Part shown: positions 26,325 to 36,850 of the stretch, in pieces
Position numbering within the stretch: position 1 is the first letter of the stretch
Layout: each line of letters starts with the position of its first letter
Virus record (IMG/VR): IMGVR_UViG_3300049460_000312
Location: 62,001-126,000 of that record
Length of the DNA: 64,000 bases
Strand: one strand, 5' to 3'
Made by a program: the position numbers and the translations under genes
The notes under the pieces: generated by a model
Seen by the model: only the letters and a program-made list of their open reading frames with translations
The model's database searches: none
What the model was told of the DNA's origin: nothing

Positions 26325-28112
26325 TCAACGTCCGTTGAAGAAACCACGCGAGGCAAACTGATTCTGCTGTGCGGTTTCCACGGCGCTGCGCAGATAACGC
26401 GGCACGGTGGTTTGACGTTGCATCTGCTGCTGTTGCATTTGCGCCGCGCCGGCGACATGCATTTGCGACAGATAGTTCTGGAACATCACCGGGTTGCCGC
26501 GATACATCTGGATTTCAGCCTCGCTCAAACCCGGGATCTGTGCCGGATCGGTGATCGCCTGCACGGGCATGCCCATGCGCGGCGCCATCGGATTGAACGG
26601 CTGACCCATCGGCACCATGCCCGGTGCAGCTTGTGCCTGGTTGAGCGGGATGTAGACCTTACCATCGATCAGCATCGCGTTCGGCGGCATGGTGCTGACG
26701 CCTTGTGCTTCGACCGGGATATACAGCTGGCCGTTGAACAGACGTGCGCTTTCCGGCACTTTCATCGCTACCGGTTGCTGTTGCACCATCTGCTGCTGCA
26801 TCGGCACCATGCCGGCCTGCATCCCCGGCAACACGTTACCCGGCATGCCCATTTGCTGCTGGGGCGGTTGCTGAGCAGCCAGCAACGAACCCACCGGCGG
26901 CGTCACGGGTACGTGCGCGGTGAGCGGCGGTTGGTGATACGACAAACCCGCCACTTGTTTGGCCTGCTGGTCAGTGATGTGGTGAGTGGTGTGCTCGACG
27001 GTCGGGGCAGACACGCCCAGTTTGAATCGCGGCTTCACGGCATGGCCCTCGTGTTGAGCAGGTTGTTGTTGTTGGACAGCCGATACGCTGACTGCTTGTG
27101 CCGTGCTGACCGGCGTTTGCACCATCGACGCCGAGATCATCGGGGCGACATCAGCGCCCACGACCGTACGCGCCATCGGCGAATCGCTGATCTTCACCGG
27201 TGCATGCGCTTGGGCGATCCGCTCGGTCGGCGCATTACCTTCGAGCAGCGGAATCTTGCGGATTTCCGGCAACAGTGGCGTCAGATCGACGAAATCATCC
27301 CGCCAGTCGTTGACTATCAGCAAGGCATTCGCTGTATTGATCACCGGTTCCAGAATCGACACCGCCTGGTTCTGCACTTCCGTATAACGGCCGTACAAAG
27401 CCATCAGCGCTTCCAGCGACGGAGCAATCTTCGAGTCCGAACCGACTTCGTAGAAACCCGGCTCACGAATTCCGGTGAACAGGAACTCGTACATGTTGCG
27501 CAGCATCTTGACGTCAGCGATGCGCAGCTTGTGACCGGCGATTTCCGTCGGCTTGTTGTCTTTCGGCAACAGTTCGTACAGCGGGAAGTGACACACAGCC
27601 ACGCGCGAGCGTTTCTGACCCTGCCACACGCGTCCCTTGATAACCGAGAAGCGGATGAATTCCGCATTCTTCTTCGACACGCGCTTGGTGCCCACCAGAT
27701 CCGTGAGCAGCTTGACAAACTTCGCATCCGAATCCGAGAACGGGCCGAGATACGCAGCCTGTTCCGGTGTCAGGTCCTTGTGCATGTCCTTCTTGATGCC
27801 GAGTTGCGCGATGTCCACGAGCAACATGCCGAGCATGAAGTCGGCGTACGCGTTCATGCGCTCACGGAACTTCTCCAGCACACGCGACTCGCCACCCGCG
27901 ACGTTTTGCAGCAGCGGATGGAAACCGATACGGCTCGACCAGTCGGGTTGCTTCAGTTGCGTGTCAGTCGGCAACACCACCCGCTTGGAATCGACCAGCA
28001 GCGGCTTGGGGGTATCGCCACCGGGCAGGATCGTCGAGACGAATCCTTCGCTATCGGAGACCATGCCGACGCTTGCCTGAATACTCTTATACAGTTCGAT
28101 GAGGGTTTTCAT
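26325..28112 (-). CDS. Chimallivirus core protein (phiKZ gp70 position) with a Q/M/P-rich disordered C-terminus
   Basis: Lies between the PicA-like gene and nvRNAP beta; low-complexity tail. Confidence 0.6.
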   Translation of the reverse strand: MKTLIELYKSIQASVGMVSDSEGFVSTILPGGDTPKPLLVDSKRVVLPTDTQLKQPDWSSRIGFHPLLQNVAGGESRVLEKFRERMNAYADFMLGMLLVDIAQLGIKKDMHKDLTPEQAAYLGPFSDSDAKFVKLLTDLVGTKRVSKKNAEFIRFSVIKGRVWQGQKRSRVAVCHFPLYELLPKDNKPTEIAGHKLRIADVKMLRNMYEFLFTGIREPGFYEVGSDSKIAPSLEALMALYGRYTEVQNQAVSILEPVINTANALLIVNDWRDDFVDLTPLLPEIRKIPLLEGNAPTERIAQAHAPVKISDSPMARTVVGADVAPMISASMVQTPVSTAQAVSVSAVQQQQPAQHEGHAVKPRFKLGVSAPTVEHTTHHITDQQAKQVAGLSYHQPPLTAHVPVTPPVGSLLAAQQPPQQQMGMPGNVLPGMQAGMVPMQQQMVQQQPVAMKVPESARLFNGQLYIPVEAQGVSTMPPNAMLIDGKVYIPLNQAQAAPGMVPMGQPFNPMAPRMGMPVQAITDPAQIPGLSEAEIQMYRGNPVMFQNYLSQMHVAGAAQMQQQQMQRQTTVPRYLRSAVETAQQNQFASRGFFNGR

Positions 28113-28180
28113 CTTTTTTGTCCTTTCGTTTTCTGAGGGAAGAAAAGGGAAACGGGTTGCCCCGTTTCCCCATTCAGGCT

Positions 28181-29872
28181 TTAGTAATCGCCTGCCAGAC
28201 CACCAGCGCGACCATTCCCGTCACCTTGGACGGCAATGAGGTTCGACAGTGAGTCATGGCTTCCCGGGCTGAGGATAGACTTGCATGCGTCGACTACCTG
28301 ATCGATAGCCTGGGCCATTCCCGAGAGTCGGCTCAAATCGTTCGTCACGATCGGAGCGAGTGAGGAAGATGCGAAAGCCGGAATGACGTAATCGCGACGC
28401 TCGTTCTCCCAAGCGAGCTGGATATACACGTCATTGAACGCGTCAGCGAACACATCCACCTCGAACGGACGTTGGTCATGTTCACTCACGATGTTCAGGC
28501 ACTCCAGAATCAGGCGGCTCTTCAACACTTCCAGTCGCTGGAAGAGCGCACCATCATTGTCCATGCCATCCACGGCTTGGAGCGTCAGCTCGGTCTGACC
28601 GCTCATGTTGTTGGCGTTGTACGCCAGCGTCGCCACTCCCGACGTCGACATCAGGGCGAGGGTGGACTGCGCAATCGCCGTCGCATGCAACGCGATGGTT
28701 TCTGCCGCACCCAGCGAGCTCACGTCACGACCGTCCGGAATCACGATCGCACCGGTTTCGTACGCACGACCAAACACATCCGCACGATCATCGATGGTCG
28801 GATCGAGCATCAGCAGATCGCTGTAGGTGAACTGCGCCGTGGTGCCCACGCCATTCGCCAGTTTGCGATTCATCACGTGGATGAAACCGCTATTGGAAAA
28901 CGGCGTATCCTGAATGCGCTGGCTCGCCAAGGACCCGGCTGCCGAACCGTCCATGTTCATCGGATCGTATTCGTTCAGCGAGTTCTCGAACAGCCCCTTC
29001 ACCATACGGCTGGTAAAGGTCGGCACCATCAGGTTGGCGTCATTCGACATCATCGGCACATGCGTGAGCAGGCTATCCAGGTCCTGATACGTCATGGCCG
29101 TCGGGTCACCGACTGCTGCGGCTTGTTGCATGCCCGCGTACAACTGAACCTTGTCCACCGCTTTCAGGACATCCGACGGCCGCGTGAGGTACAGGCTTTC
29201 ACCCATACCGTTCAAGCCGCCGAAGCCCTGATTGCGCACCACCGAATTCGAACGCGTGACGAGCGGAATCGGATTCCCGTATCCGTCCATCCGACGCATG
29301 CGCGCTTCGGTGACGTGGTTGATCGTGAACACCATGCGCGGGCTGATCTTCACACTGGTCATGCCGATCTGCGTGGCTGCCGCTTCGTCCGTGTGGCCCG
29401 AGACGAACTCGGTACGGGCAAACCGGCCATTACGGAACACGTCGACCACCATCGTGAAACGGAAACGCTCCGCCCACCAGCCGTTATCGATGTCCACTGC
29501 GCCATCGGGCGTACCCGAAAAGCGGACGAAGTTACCGTTTTCCTGACTGAACACGTTGCTGATTGCTGCCGTGTCGAGCGCGGCCACGCCGTTACGACCA
29601 ATTTCGTCGGCGAGCAGGTTCAGACTGACGTCGCTGGCCACCACGTCGTACGAACGACGATGCTGGTCGGCTTGCGGACGGGTAAGACCCATATACAGCT
29701 TGCGGATCTCGATGTGCATCACACCAGCTGCTTCCACGGAAGCGTGGGCGGCAGGCGAACCGAAGTTATACGCTTGCTGGATCAAACTCGGCTGACCCTG
29801 GGCATCCAAGCTTCCGAAGCCCTGAGCTTGACCGATCTGGGAGTCGAGGCTACCGAAGTTGAAATTCTGCAT
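28181..29872 (-). CDS. picA: Putative phage-nucleus protein importer PicA/Imp1 (phiKZ gp69-like)
   Basis: 563 aa, immediately downstream of the gp68-like gene in the conserved gp68-gp69-gp70-gp71 order. Assignment by synteny only. Confidence 0.6.
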   Translation of the reverse strand: MQNFNFGSLDSQIGQAQGFGSLDAQGQPSLIQQAYNFGSPAAHASVEAAGVMHIEIRKLYMGLTRPQADQHRRSYDVVASDVSLNLLADEIGRNGVAALDTAAISNVFSQENGNFVRFSGTPDGAVDIDNGWWAERFRFTMVVDVFRNGRFARTEFVSGHTDEAAATQIGMTSVKISPRMVFTINHVTEARMRRMDGYGNPIPLVTRSNSVVRNQGFGGLNGMGESLYLTRPSDVLKAVDKVQLYAGMQQAAAVGDPTAMTYQDLDSLLTHVPMMSNDANLMVPTFTSRMVKGLFENSLNEYDPMNMDGSAAGSLASQRIQDTPFSNSGFIHVMNRKLANGVGTTAQFTYSDLLMLDPTIDDRADVFGRAYETGAIVIPDGRDVSSLGAAETIALHATAIAQSTLALMSTSGVATLAYNANNMSGQTELTLQAVDGMDNDGALFQRLEVLKSRLILECLNIVSEHDQRPFEVDVFADAFNDVYIQLAWENERRDYVIPAFASSSLAPIVTNDLSRLSGMAQAIDQVVDACKSILSPGSHDSLSNLIAVQGDGNGRAGGLAGDY

Positions 29873-29932
29873 GATACTTTCCTTTCAGGTGGTTGACCCG
29901 CGAGTTCGCTTGCTCGCGGATCTGTGGTGATA

Positions 29933-31699
29933 TCAGTGAGTGTACTGCCAGGGCACGAACGGTTGGTTGATCTTGGAACCACCGTCACGCGCCACCAATG
30001 CTGCATAAACCGCATCCGGATCAATTCGGACCATGGGACGCTCGGCCAGCCACTTGGCGTACTCCATGAACATCGTCACCGCTTTGGACGGAATGACGTA
30101 GGTGCGGTTGGGAATGTTACCTTGCACGCGCTTGAGCGTCGCTTCACTGAAGGTACAATTGATATCGTACTCTTGTAAAGAACGCGCCAGCTCGTACACG
30201 TCTTCAAAGACGAAGTTGCGGACTTTCTTCTGGTTACGGCTGCGTTGCTCCATCGGGAAGATGGAACGATACGTTTCTCGATCGGCCGCTCGCAACGGCG
30301 CAATCGATTCCCCGATAAACCGGGTGCCTTCCCCAGACGTGCTCATGCGCTCGTAAGCGCCGGTGACCAGACGGGCCAGGTCGATCTTGTTGTGGTGCAA
30401 CAGCACCGCTTGCGCCAGACCCAACAACGCCACAATCCGATCCTTACGCAGGTTACCGACGGTGCGGGCCTGACTGTACGGATGGAACAACCACGCGGCG
30501 ATGGTGATTTGCTCGTCGGCGATCGAGGCGTTATGCAGCGCCTTCGACGACTCCAGCGCATCCTTGACCAAGGCATGGTCAATCCCCGGTGCTACCCGTT
30601 CGAGCAAGGAGAAGGGATCGCGATTACCGACCACAAAGAGACTGTGAACGGCATTGCGCGCACCCAGCACCAGGTCGATCTGTCGCTCCAGATACTGATC
30701 GCCCAACGCTTCCTGACCCACGGTCAACGCAATCCGGTTCCGGAAGCCTTCCAGATAGGACTGGTTGTTTTCATCCGCGGAATACGAGGTTTCCGCAAAC
30801 TTGTTCTTGATCGCCGGCTGCGAGGACGCGATCGTGGTGACCCGATGCCGCACGTAGTTATACAGCGCCGAGACGACCGGTGTGAGGTTATTCACCCCCA
30901 TGACATCCACCACCGGCAAACGGTTGATCACGAGACTGGTCAATGCCCAGTACACGAAATCGTCCGAACCGATCCCCATCAGCACGGCTGCCGGGTTGTT
31001 GCGATCGGCACCGATCGTGTGGTCGACAAACTGTTCGAGTCGCGCCATCGCATCGGACTGCGCCGGCCACGATTGTTCGATCAGGCTATACGTGAGCATA
31101 TCTTTCAGCTCACGCGAGAGCACCGACTTAGTCAGTGCTGCAAAGTCGAACCAGAACGGACACGCCGCCCGCACGATAATCGCGAGTGGAATGAGGCCCT
31201 TGTAGTCCTCCAGCAAGTAAGTACGCTCACGCGTACCGGGCATGGTCTCCGGATTGAAGATGACGTTGATGTCCGCGGGGATGCGCGGTTTCAACGACGT
31301 CCACACCCAGTTGTAGAAATGCTGGGGATCGATCTGGTCAAACAGCGCCCTGGCCATCGGCCGAATGGCTTCGATCAGATCCTCGCAGTCGTCCTGCTGC
31401 ATGTTCGTCGAGCGCAGCACCTGATGGATGTTGCGATACTCGGCGAAGATCGCTGCCTGCTTGTCCATCGACAGCAGACCGAAATACAGGTTGACCTGAT
31501 CGAATGCATCCGCGTTCGTATCCGGGTCGGAATTCCACGTACGGGGCGGGAAATTCCATTGCAACTGATCGTTCCCGTGTTCGATGATCATGAATCGCTT
31601 GCTACGGGCTTTGCCATACGCATGCGAGAACATCGCGAGATCCGGATCGTCTGAGCCATCGAGCTGAAAGTCAGCTTGGCTCACCACTTTGATCTTCAT
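29933..31699 (-). CDS. Non-virion RNAP fifth (promoter-specificity) subunit (phiKZ gp68-like)
   Basis: 588-aa helical protein at the gp68 position, with its own CATATTAC motif upstream. Assignment by synteny and size. Confidence 0.6.
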   Translation of the reverse strand: MKIKVVSQADFQLDGSDDPDLAMFSHAYGKARSKRFMIIEHGNDQLQWNFPPRTWNSDPDTNADAFDQVNLYFGLLSMDKQAAIFAEYRNIHQVLRSTNMQQDDCEDLIEAIRPMARALFDQIDPQHFYNWVWTSLKPRIPADINVIFNPETMPGTRERTYLLEDYKGLIPLAIIVRAACPFWFDFAALTKSVLSRELKDMLTYSLIEQSWPAQSDAMARLEQFVDHTIGADRNNPAAVLMGIGSDDFVYWALTSLVINRLPVVDVMGVNNLTPVVSALYNYVRHRVTTIASSQPAIKNKFAETSYSADENNQSYLEGFRNRIALTVGQEALGDQYLERQIDLVLGARNAVHSLFVVGNRDPFSLLERVAPGIDHALVKDALESSKALHNASIADEQITIAAWLFHPYSQARTVGNLRKDRIVALLGLAQAVLLHHNKIDLARLVTGAYERMSTSGEGTRFIGESIAPLRAADRETYRSIFPMEQRSRNQKKVRNFVFEDVYELARSLQEYDINCTFSEATLKRVQGNIPNRTYVIPSKAVTMFMEYAKWLAERPMVRIDPDAVYAALVARDGGSKINQPFVPWQYTH

Positions 31700-31744
31700 G
31701 GCCTTCCTTTATGGGTGAATAGTGACCTTGTCGCACCAAGGTTC

Positions 31745-31770
31745 ACATTGGTAATATGTGCTCAGAAAAC
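31745..31770 (-). promoter_or_regulatory. Putative phage promoter, CATATTAC motif
   Basis: The minus strand reads GTTTTCTGAGCACATATTACCAATG, about 50 nt upstream of 31699. Confidence 0.7.
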
Positions 31771-31876
31771 CATCGATTCGAACCGGGTTTCTTTAGCCTG
31801 TTTGGCGCACGAAGGCTTTTAAGCCTGCGGCCCGTTTTGGGCCGCAGGCTCGTTTATGCGCTGAAGTACCGCTGGC

Positions 31877-32614
31877 TTACCAGGGGATATCGTCGCTGGC
31901 CATGTCGGCGCCCGCGCCAGCATTGCTGTAGCTGCGACCGCCACCACCATTGCCACCACCACCACCGCCGCCGTAGCTACCGCCACCTTGACCGCCGCGA
32001 TTGCCGCCACCGCCACCACCGAAGTTACCACCTTGCTTCGGTTCCGGATGCTTGTACTGTTCCTTCAGGAGCAGTGGCATCAGTTGACGCAGCGAAGCCA
32101 CCTGACCGAGGGCCAGGAACTTCGATTCGAGCGCCTTCGGCATTTCATTGCCGTCGCCGTCCTTGAAACGCGTCTTGGTGTCCGGCATGAAGCTGAACTT
32201 GATGTTCGGGCGCTTTTCCAGCACGATCGAGATGAACACCACGCCGTTTTCTTCACGGCCGACCACGAGGCGGTAAATCAGAACCGGACCGTCGGTCATC
32301 TTGCCCGGGCCGATGAACTTCTTGTCGTGATGCTCGTACGCCCAGCGGAACGGCTGGTCGGCCATCGCTGCGTGTTCGATCATCGACAGGAACATGTTGA
32401 ACTTGTCGAGCGGCACGTTTGCCTGAATTCGACCATAGTCGTTGTTCGCGTCGGCGGCGATATTCGTGCGCACCGTGATGATGGGATCGTTCTTCTTGAT
32501 GTCGAACGACATGTTGGCAAACTTGCCTTCACCATTGGGCGCGTACAACGAGAGGGCGCGATGGTTGAGGACAGTCTTCGGGCGCTGGTTGGGTTGGTTG
32601 TTGAATTCAGACAT
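31877..32614 (-). CDS. chmC: ChmC-like nucleus-associated nucleic-acid-binding protein
   Basis: A beta-rich N-terminal domain plus a Gly/Asn/Arg-rich disordered tail ending DDIPW, at the position just before the gp68-like gene where ChmC is encoded in chimalliviruses. Confidence 0.6.
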   Translation of the reverse strand: MSEFNNQPNQRPKTVLNHRALSLYAPNGEGKFANMSFDIKKNDPIITVRTNIAADANNDYGRIQANVPLDKFNMFLSMIEHAAMADQPFRWAYEHHDKKFIGPGKMTDGPVLIYRLVVGREENGVVFISIVLEKRPNIKFSFMPDTKTRFKDGDGNEMPKALESKFLALGQVASLRQLMPLLLKEQYKHPEPKQGGNFGGGGGGNRGGQGGGSYGGGGGGGNGGGGRSYSNAGAGADMASDDIPW

Positions 32615-32678
32615 GGTATCGAGGTTGTAAAGTTATCCTATTCATGCAATGAAAGGACAGGGTAAAAAACGGCCGTGG

Positions 32679-33509
32679 TCACCCGTGTCTCAGGTAGAGA
32701 CGCAGCTTCTCGGCGAGGAATTTGTCCGACAGGGAATTGAGCCCGTAGTTGATCTTATCCTGGCTCGTGGCGAAGCTCCAGTGGTACTTGGTGCCCAGTT
32801 CGATCAGCGTTTTGCGATACGTGCCGCCAATCGGACGAAACAACTGGTTGTCACCAAAGATGGACAGGAAGCCTTCACGGAATGGGATCATGGGCAGATC
32901 CTTGCCGTTGTAGAACTTCGTGTACCACATGCTCTTGTCCTTGATGTTCCCGGTGTGGGATTCCAGCAGAGACAGCGCAGGAAACGCTTTGGTGGTGAGG
33001 TCAAACGGATAATGGGTCAGCATCACCGTATTGCCCACCTGTTCGTCAGTGATCTTGAGCGGGTAGAGTTTGATCAGCTCCTTTTCGTTCTTGATGATTT
33101 CACCCAGCACGGTGGCAAGGCTCTTGGCAAACAGAATCTGGTTCGGCGTGCTGTCGACCCGCAACAGTGCGTGCGGAAAGCGTCGTTCCAGACCGATGTA
33201 GTCCGGACAGTACAGCACGGTCTTGAACTGACCCTGACTCTGCTCGTCCGCAATTTCCTTGTACGTATCGAGCTCGTGACGGAAAGAATCGATGAGATCC
33301 TTCTGCGCCACATCCGGGATGTGATCCCGACCGATCGACTCGTAGTAGTTGCGAAAGAGCGTCTTCACATTCACCCAGTGCGCCGAGAAGTCCTTGAGAA
33401 CTTTCGGCCCAGCTGGATGATCGGGGTGGATACCAATAGCGCCTTCCACCGCCAGTGACGTGGCGATAGACAGCGGAAAGTATCCCGTGGCGCGTTCGGA
33501 TGCATTCAT
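32679..33509 (-). CDS. Conserved-type chimallivirus hypothetical protein
   Basis: 276-aa ORF tightly coupled to the SbcD-like gene. Confidence 0.7.
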   Translation of the reverse strand: MNASERATGYFPLSIATSLAVEGAIGIHPDHPAGPKVLKDFSAHWVNVKTLFRNYYESIGRDHIPDVAQKDLIDSFRHELDTYKEIADEQSQGQFKTVLYCPDYIGLERRFPHALLRVDSTPNQILFAKSLATVLGEIIKNEKELIKLYPLKITDEQVGNTVMLTHYPFDLTTKAFPALSLLESHTGNIKDKSMWYTKFYNGKDLPMIPFREGFLSIFGDNQLFRPIGGTYRKTLIELGTKYHWSFATSQDKINYGLNSLSDKFLAEKLRLYLRHG

Positions 33510-33512
33510 GTT

Positions 33513-34718
33513 CTATACCAGTTCCGCGAGCTTGCGCTCGGCGAGATTAAAGATCTCTGGGTCCAGCCCCATCAGACTCAGCTTCTCCGACATCAGCTTC
33601 TGGACATTCTGCCGGGTAATTTCAATCGGCGTATAGTCCATGGCGTTTTGCAGCATTTCTGTCTGCTCGGCGAGGCTTTTGTCTTCATCGGCTTTACCCA
33701 GTCCCGTCCAGAAGAAGTGCGGACAATCCTTCTCATACTGCGCGACTGCCTGGAGAATCGGGTTACCCGTATCAGCGAGAATCCGGATGTGCGAACCATC
33801 CGGCAACGGTTCAATCTCCGTTAGAATCTTCTCGTGACACTCTTCCACTCCGAGTCCGCGACAATCCACGGTATGGAAAATCTTCGCGTCTTCTGTCTCC
33901 ACAAACTGGATCTCGTAATCGTCCTCACTGCGGACAATTGCTCGCACGTGACCCTTGGGCATTTCTTCGCCATGGCTGATGCGGTCAAACGAGCCCTGCG
34001 CGATAATCCGATCCAGGCGGTTGAACAGGTGCACGTGACCGATAAAGATCAGATAACGCACCAGGGCCAGATACGCAGCGGAGGAATGCTTCTGCGCTTT
34101 CACCACCGGCGGCAGCTGGAACTCAAACTGCCCGTGCATGACCGCGTAATCCACCTTGTCGATGCCCTGCTGGCGCATCAGGTCTTTCACTTCTTCCAGC
34201 GTCTTGTCCGCGTCGTCGGTCCACTCATCCGGGACAAACAACACATGAATGCTAAACTTCGGCATCCAGACAATCCGCAACGTATCCACGTACAACAGAT
34301 CACAGCCAATCTCCAGCGTCTCGTTCAACCACACAAAACGCGCCGACTGATCCCGGTCGTGGCTGGGTGTGCCGCGCAAGACCCACAGCTGAATGCCCAG
34401 CGCCTTACACAACCTGAGCATGTAGATGATCCAGTCATCGATCACGCTCACGTGGTCCTGCGGCAGATTCAGCAGGTGGTCGTACACATCGCCGGCTAAA
34501 ACAATTACATCCAACTTGGCGGTTTCCGCATCGCGCGGAAACCGCTTTTTCAACCGCTCCACCATTTCCTCGGGCGGGTTTTTGCCGTGCCCGAGGTGGA
34601 GGTCGCTCGCCGACGCAATACGGAAATCGCGCCGTGTCGCCGGCTGGGGATAGATCGCTTGAATCTCTTGCGCTATGCCCGTGAGCTGAGGCTCTTGTTG
34701 TTCAGAGGAGGTCGCCAT
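33513..34718 (-). CDS. sbcD: SbcD/Mre11-family metallophosphoesterase nuclease
   Basis: SDLHLG, LAGDVYD, GTPSHD, MHGQF and GHVH motifs. Confidence 0.85.
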   Translation of the reverse strand: MATSSEQQEPQLTGIAQEIQAIYPQPATRRDFRIASASDLHLGHGKNPPEEMVERLKKRFPRDAETAKLDVIVLAGDVYDHLLNLPQDHVSVIDDWIIYMLRLCKALGIQLWVLRGTPSHDRDQSARFVWLNETLEIGCDLLYVDTLRIVWMPKFSIHVLFVPDEWTDDADKTLEEVKDLMRQQGIDKVDYAVMHGQFEFQLPPVVKAQKHSSAAYLALVRYLIFIGHVHLFNRLDRIIAQGSFDRISHGEEMPKGHVRAIVRSEDDYEIQFVETEDAKIFHTVDCRGLGVEECHEKILTEIEPLPDGSHIRILADTGNPILQAVAQYEKDCPHFFWTGLGKADEDKSLAEQTEMLQNAMDYTPIEITRQNVQKLMSEKLSLMGLDPEIFNLAERKLAELV

Positions 34719-35295
34719 CTTCAAAGTCGAGTTGCGGCTTCTCTTTGCTGCCCTGCGTGCCTTCGGGAGGATTACCTTCACCGACCGTGCCGTCGAGCTT
34801 CAGAGATTTGCCGTAGCGAGCCAGGATAGCGTTCCAGCGTTCCTGTCGCTTTTTGATGAGTTCTTCGCGGTTGCTTGCAATACCACGTCCATTAAATTCA
34901 TGTTCGAGGTACATTTCTGCGCGCTTGGGCGACTGATGCGACAGCATCCCGACGGTGATCATCATCGACGCGAGCGAACCACGACGTTCGGCTTGCGCTC
35001 GGCTAAAGATATTGCGCTCCAGCAGGGCTGGCATTCTGAAGAGTACGTTTCCTTCGGCATCACAGACATCGATTTCAGAGAAGGGACTGCCCGCCACGGC
35101 CGCCATCAGCAACGGAAATTCCGTGCTGACGACGTCACCGGTGAGGATGGGCAAGATTTCTTTTACGAATGTACCTTCGGGAATTTTCTTCACTTCCGCA
35201 TCCACCACCAATGCACGGTGGATGTTTTCAATATCGCTTGCGAGCTTCTGTTCTTTGAAACTCTGCAAACCACTCTTGGGCTGCTGTTGGGACAT
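34702..35295 (-). CDS. Hypothetical protein
   Basis: 197-aa ORF overlapping the SbcD-like start. Confidence 0.7.
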   Translation of the reverse strand: MSQQQPKSGLQSFKEQKLASDIENIHRALVVDAEVKKIPEGTFVKEILPILTGDVVSTEFPLLMAAVAGSPFSEIDVCDAEGNVLFRMPALLERNIFSRAQAERRGSLASMMITVGMLSHQSPKRAEMYLEHEFNGRGIASNREELIKKRQERWNAILARYGKSLKLDGTVGEGNPPEGTQGSKEKPQLDFEDGDLL

Positions 35296-35386
35296 AGCGG
35301 CACAAAACCTTTATAAAAAGGGAGAGGGAATGGGAGTAGGAGTATGTTTGCATACAATACTACTCCCGGTATGAACTTACGTGTGA

Positions 35387-35992
35387 TTACAGCAGATCGT
35401 GGTTCACCGCGGGCAACACACCCGGTGCTTCGGCCACGTCTTCCACGCGAGCTTGCGTGGTATCCTGCGGCGGGGTTTGCGGCGGCACAGTCGGTTGTTC
35501 TTCGTCGGGCTTGAAGTAATCCGGCACGATCGTGCAGCACAGCAACACCACGCCATCATTCTTGACGACGTTGGCCAGCTGGCGAATCACTTCATTGCCG
35601 ATCGGCGGCGGCAGTGCGAGGAACTTCGTCTGGTTCAGATCGAATTCATCCGGTTGGTAAGCGTAGATGCTGAACGCACGGTGGTTGCCTTCCGACGTGG
35701 AACCGATGCCCAGCACATAGAAGCTTTGCTTGGCAACCAGCACGCGCCGCGTGAGCAGGACAGCCGAGCCATCTTCCGCGTCGACCCGTTCGGGTTGACA
35801 GAGGATTTCTTCCGGACGAATCGGCAAGTAACCTGTCGATTGCGAGAACAGCATGCCGCCGATATGGCGCATCGCTTCACCAACCGTGCGGTTGATGTGG
35901 TGGGGATCGTCGATTGCGTGACCGACTTCGTGTTCGACCAGACTACTGATGAACTTGTGGACTTCGGCGAGTTGTTGATCGGGTTTATCCAT
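35387..35992 (-). CDS. Hypothetical protein
   Basis: 201-aa ORF, translationally coupled to the upstream gene. Confidence 0.65.
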   Translation of the reverse strand: MDKPDQQLAEVHKFISSLVEHEVGHAIDDPHHINRTVGEAMRHIGGMLFSQSTGYLPIRPEEILCQPERVDAEDGSAVLLTRRVLVAKQSFYVLGIGSTSEGNHRAFSIYAYQPDEFDLNQTKFLALPPPIGNEVIRQLANVVKNDGVVLLCCTIVPDYFKPDEEQPTVPPQTPPQDTTQARVEDVAEAPGVLPAVNHDLL

Positions 35993-36389
35993 TATTGACC
36001 TCGGTAATAGCTTTGAACTTACCGTTAAAGAAACTCAGCAAACGGTTGGCGGTGTAGGACACACCCTCCTCTGTAAAATTCAGAGCGAGTGTAATTTTTA
36101 CCGTCGTTTGTGATTCGGTCGGATTTTCCAACTCAAACTTCGCCTCCGCAATCACGTTCTCGTAATAACGACCCAGGAAACTCTGGATCGAGCGGGCAAT
36201 TTCATCTGCCGTCGTGAGCGGATCACCCGAATGCTGTTCGATGATGTACTGCAGATTCGACAGATTGCCACGGTAGCAGTTGGATTGGTCATAATCGGTG
36301 CTGATGTAATGGGACAGCAGCAAATCGATTTTGGTCGACAATTCGGTCACCCAGCCTTGGGTGGACATCGAAGGAACTGGAATGGTCAT
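35985..36389 (-). CDS. Conserved-type hypothetical protein (possibly virion)
   Basis: Probable start MTIPVPSMSTQGWV, just downstream of the TATG element at 36411. Confidence 0.65.
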   Translation of the reverse strand: MTIPVPSMSTQGWVTELSTKIDLLLSHYISTDYDQSNCYRGNLSNLQYIIEQHSGDPLTTADEIARSIQSFLGRYYENVIAEAKFELENPTESQTTVKITLALNFTEEGVSYTANRLLSFFNGKFKAITEVNNG

Positions 36390-36407
36390 GGTAAAAGAAA
36401 AAAGAGT

Positions 36408-36478
36408 TGACATAAGAGCCCATACCATGCGCGCCACCCCAGAAGGGAGCGCACACGGTATGGGCGGCCTATGCCGGC
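36408..36478. promoter_or_regulatory. CATA-hairpin-TATG element
   Basis: GACATAAGAGCCCATACC...GGTATGGGCGGCCTATGCCG. Confidence 0.65.
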
Positions 36479-36487
36479 TTTTCTCTT

Positions 36488-36784
36488 TTACAGCGATAGC
36501 GGGCACTCAAAGGCCCATTCGTAACGCGCGGCCAGTTGGCGACCGTAGGCGGACGCTTCGGCATGGGAGCCAAAGTCAGCCACTGCCAGTGCACGACCGT
36601 CCTTGTGACGCACGTACACCGAAATGAACTGGGGCGCAACATTGTCGACAACGATTTCTTCATTGCCGGCAGCATCTTTGCTAAACACGCGCACGCCTTC
36701 GACTTCGACACAGACAAAGTCTTCCTTGACGGGGTTTTCGCCGAGGACTTTCGAAGCGTAGATACGGGGTTCCAGCATTTGCAT
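36488..36784 (-). CDS. Small hypothetical protein
   Basis: About 98 aa with an AAGGA RBS. Confidence 0.6.
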   Translation of the reverse strand: MQMLEPRIYASKVLGENPVKEDFVCVEVEGVRVFSKDAAGNEEIVVDNVAPQFISVYVRHKDGRALAVADFGSHAEASAYGRQLAARYEWAFECPLSL

Positions 36785-36850
36785 GGTATTGCTTCCTTTT
36801 AGAGGTGTAGAAGGCATAGAACGGCGGGTTTCCCCACCGCTCCATGGATG

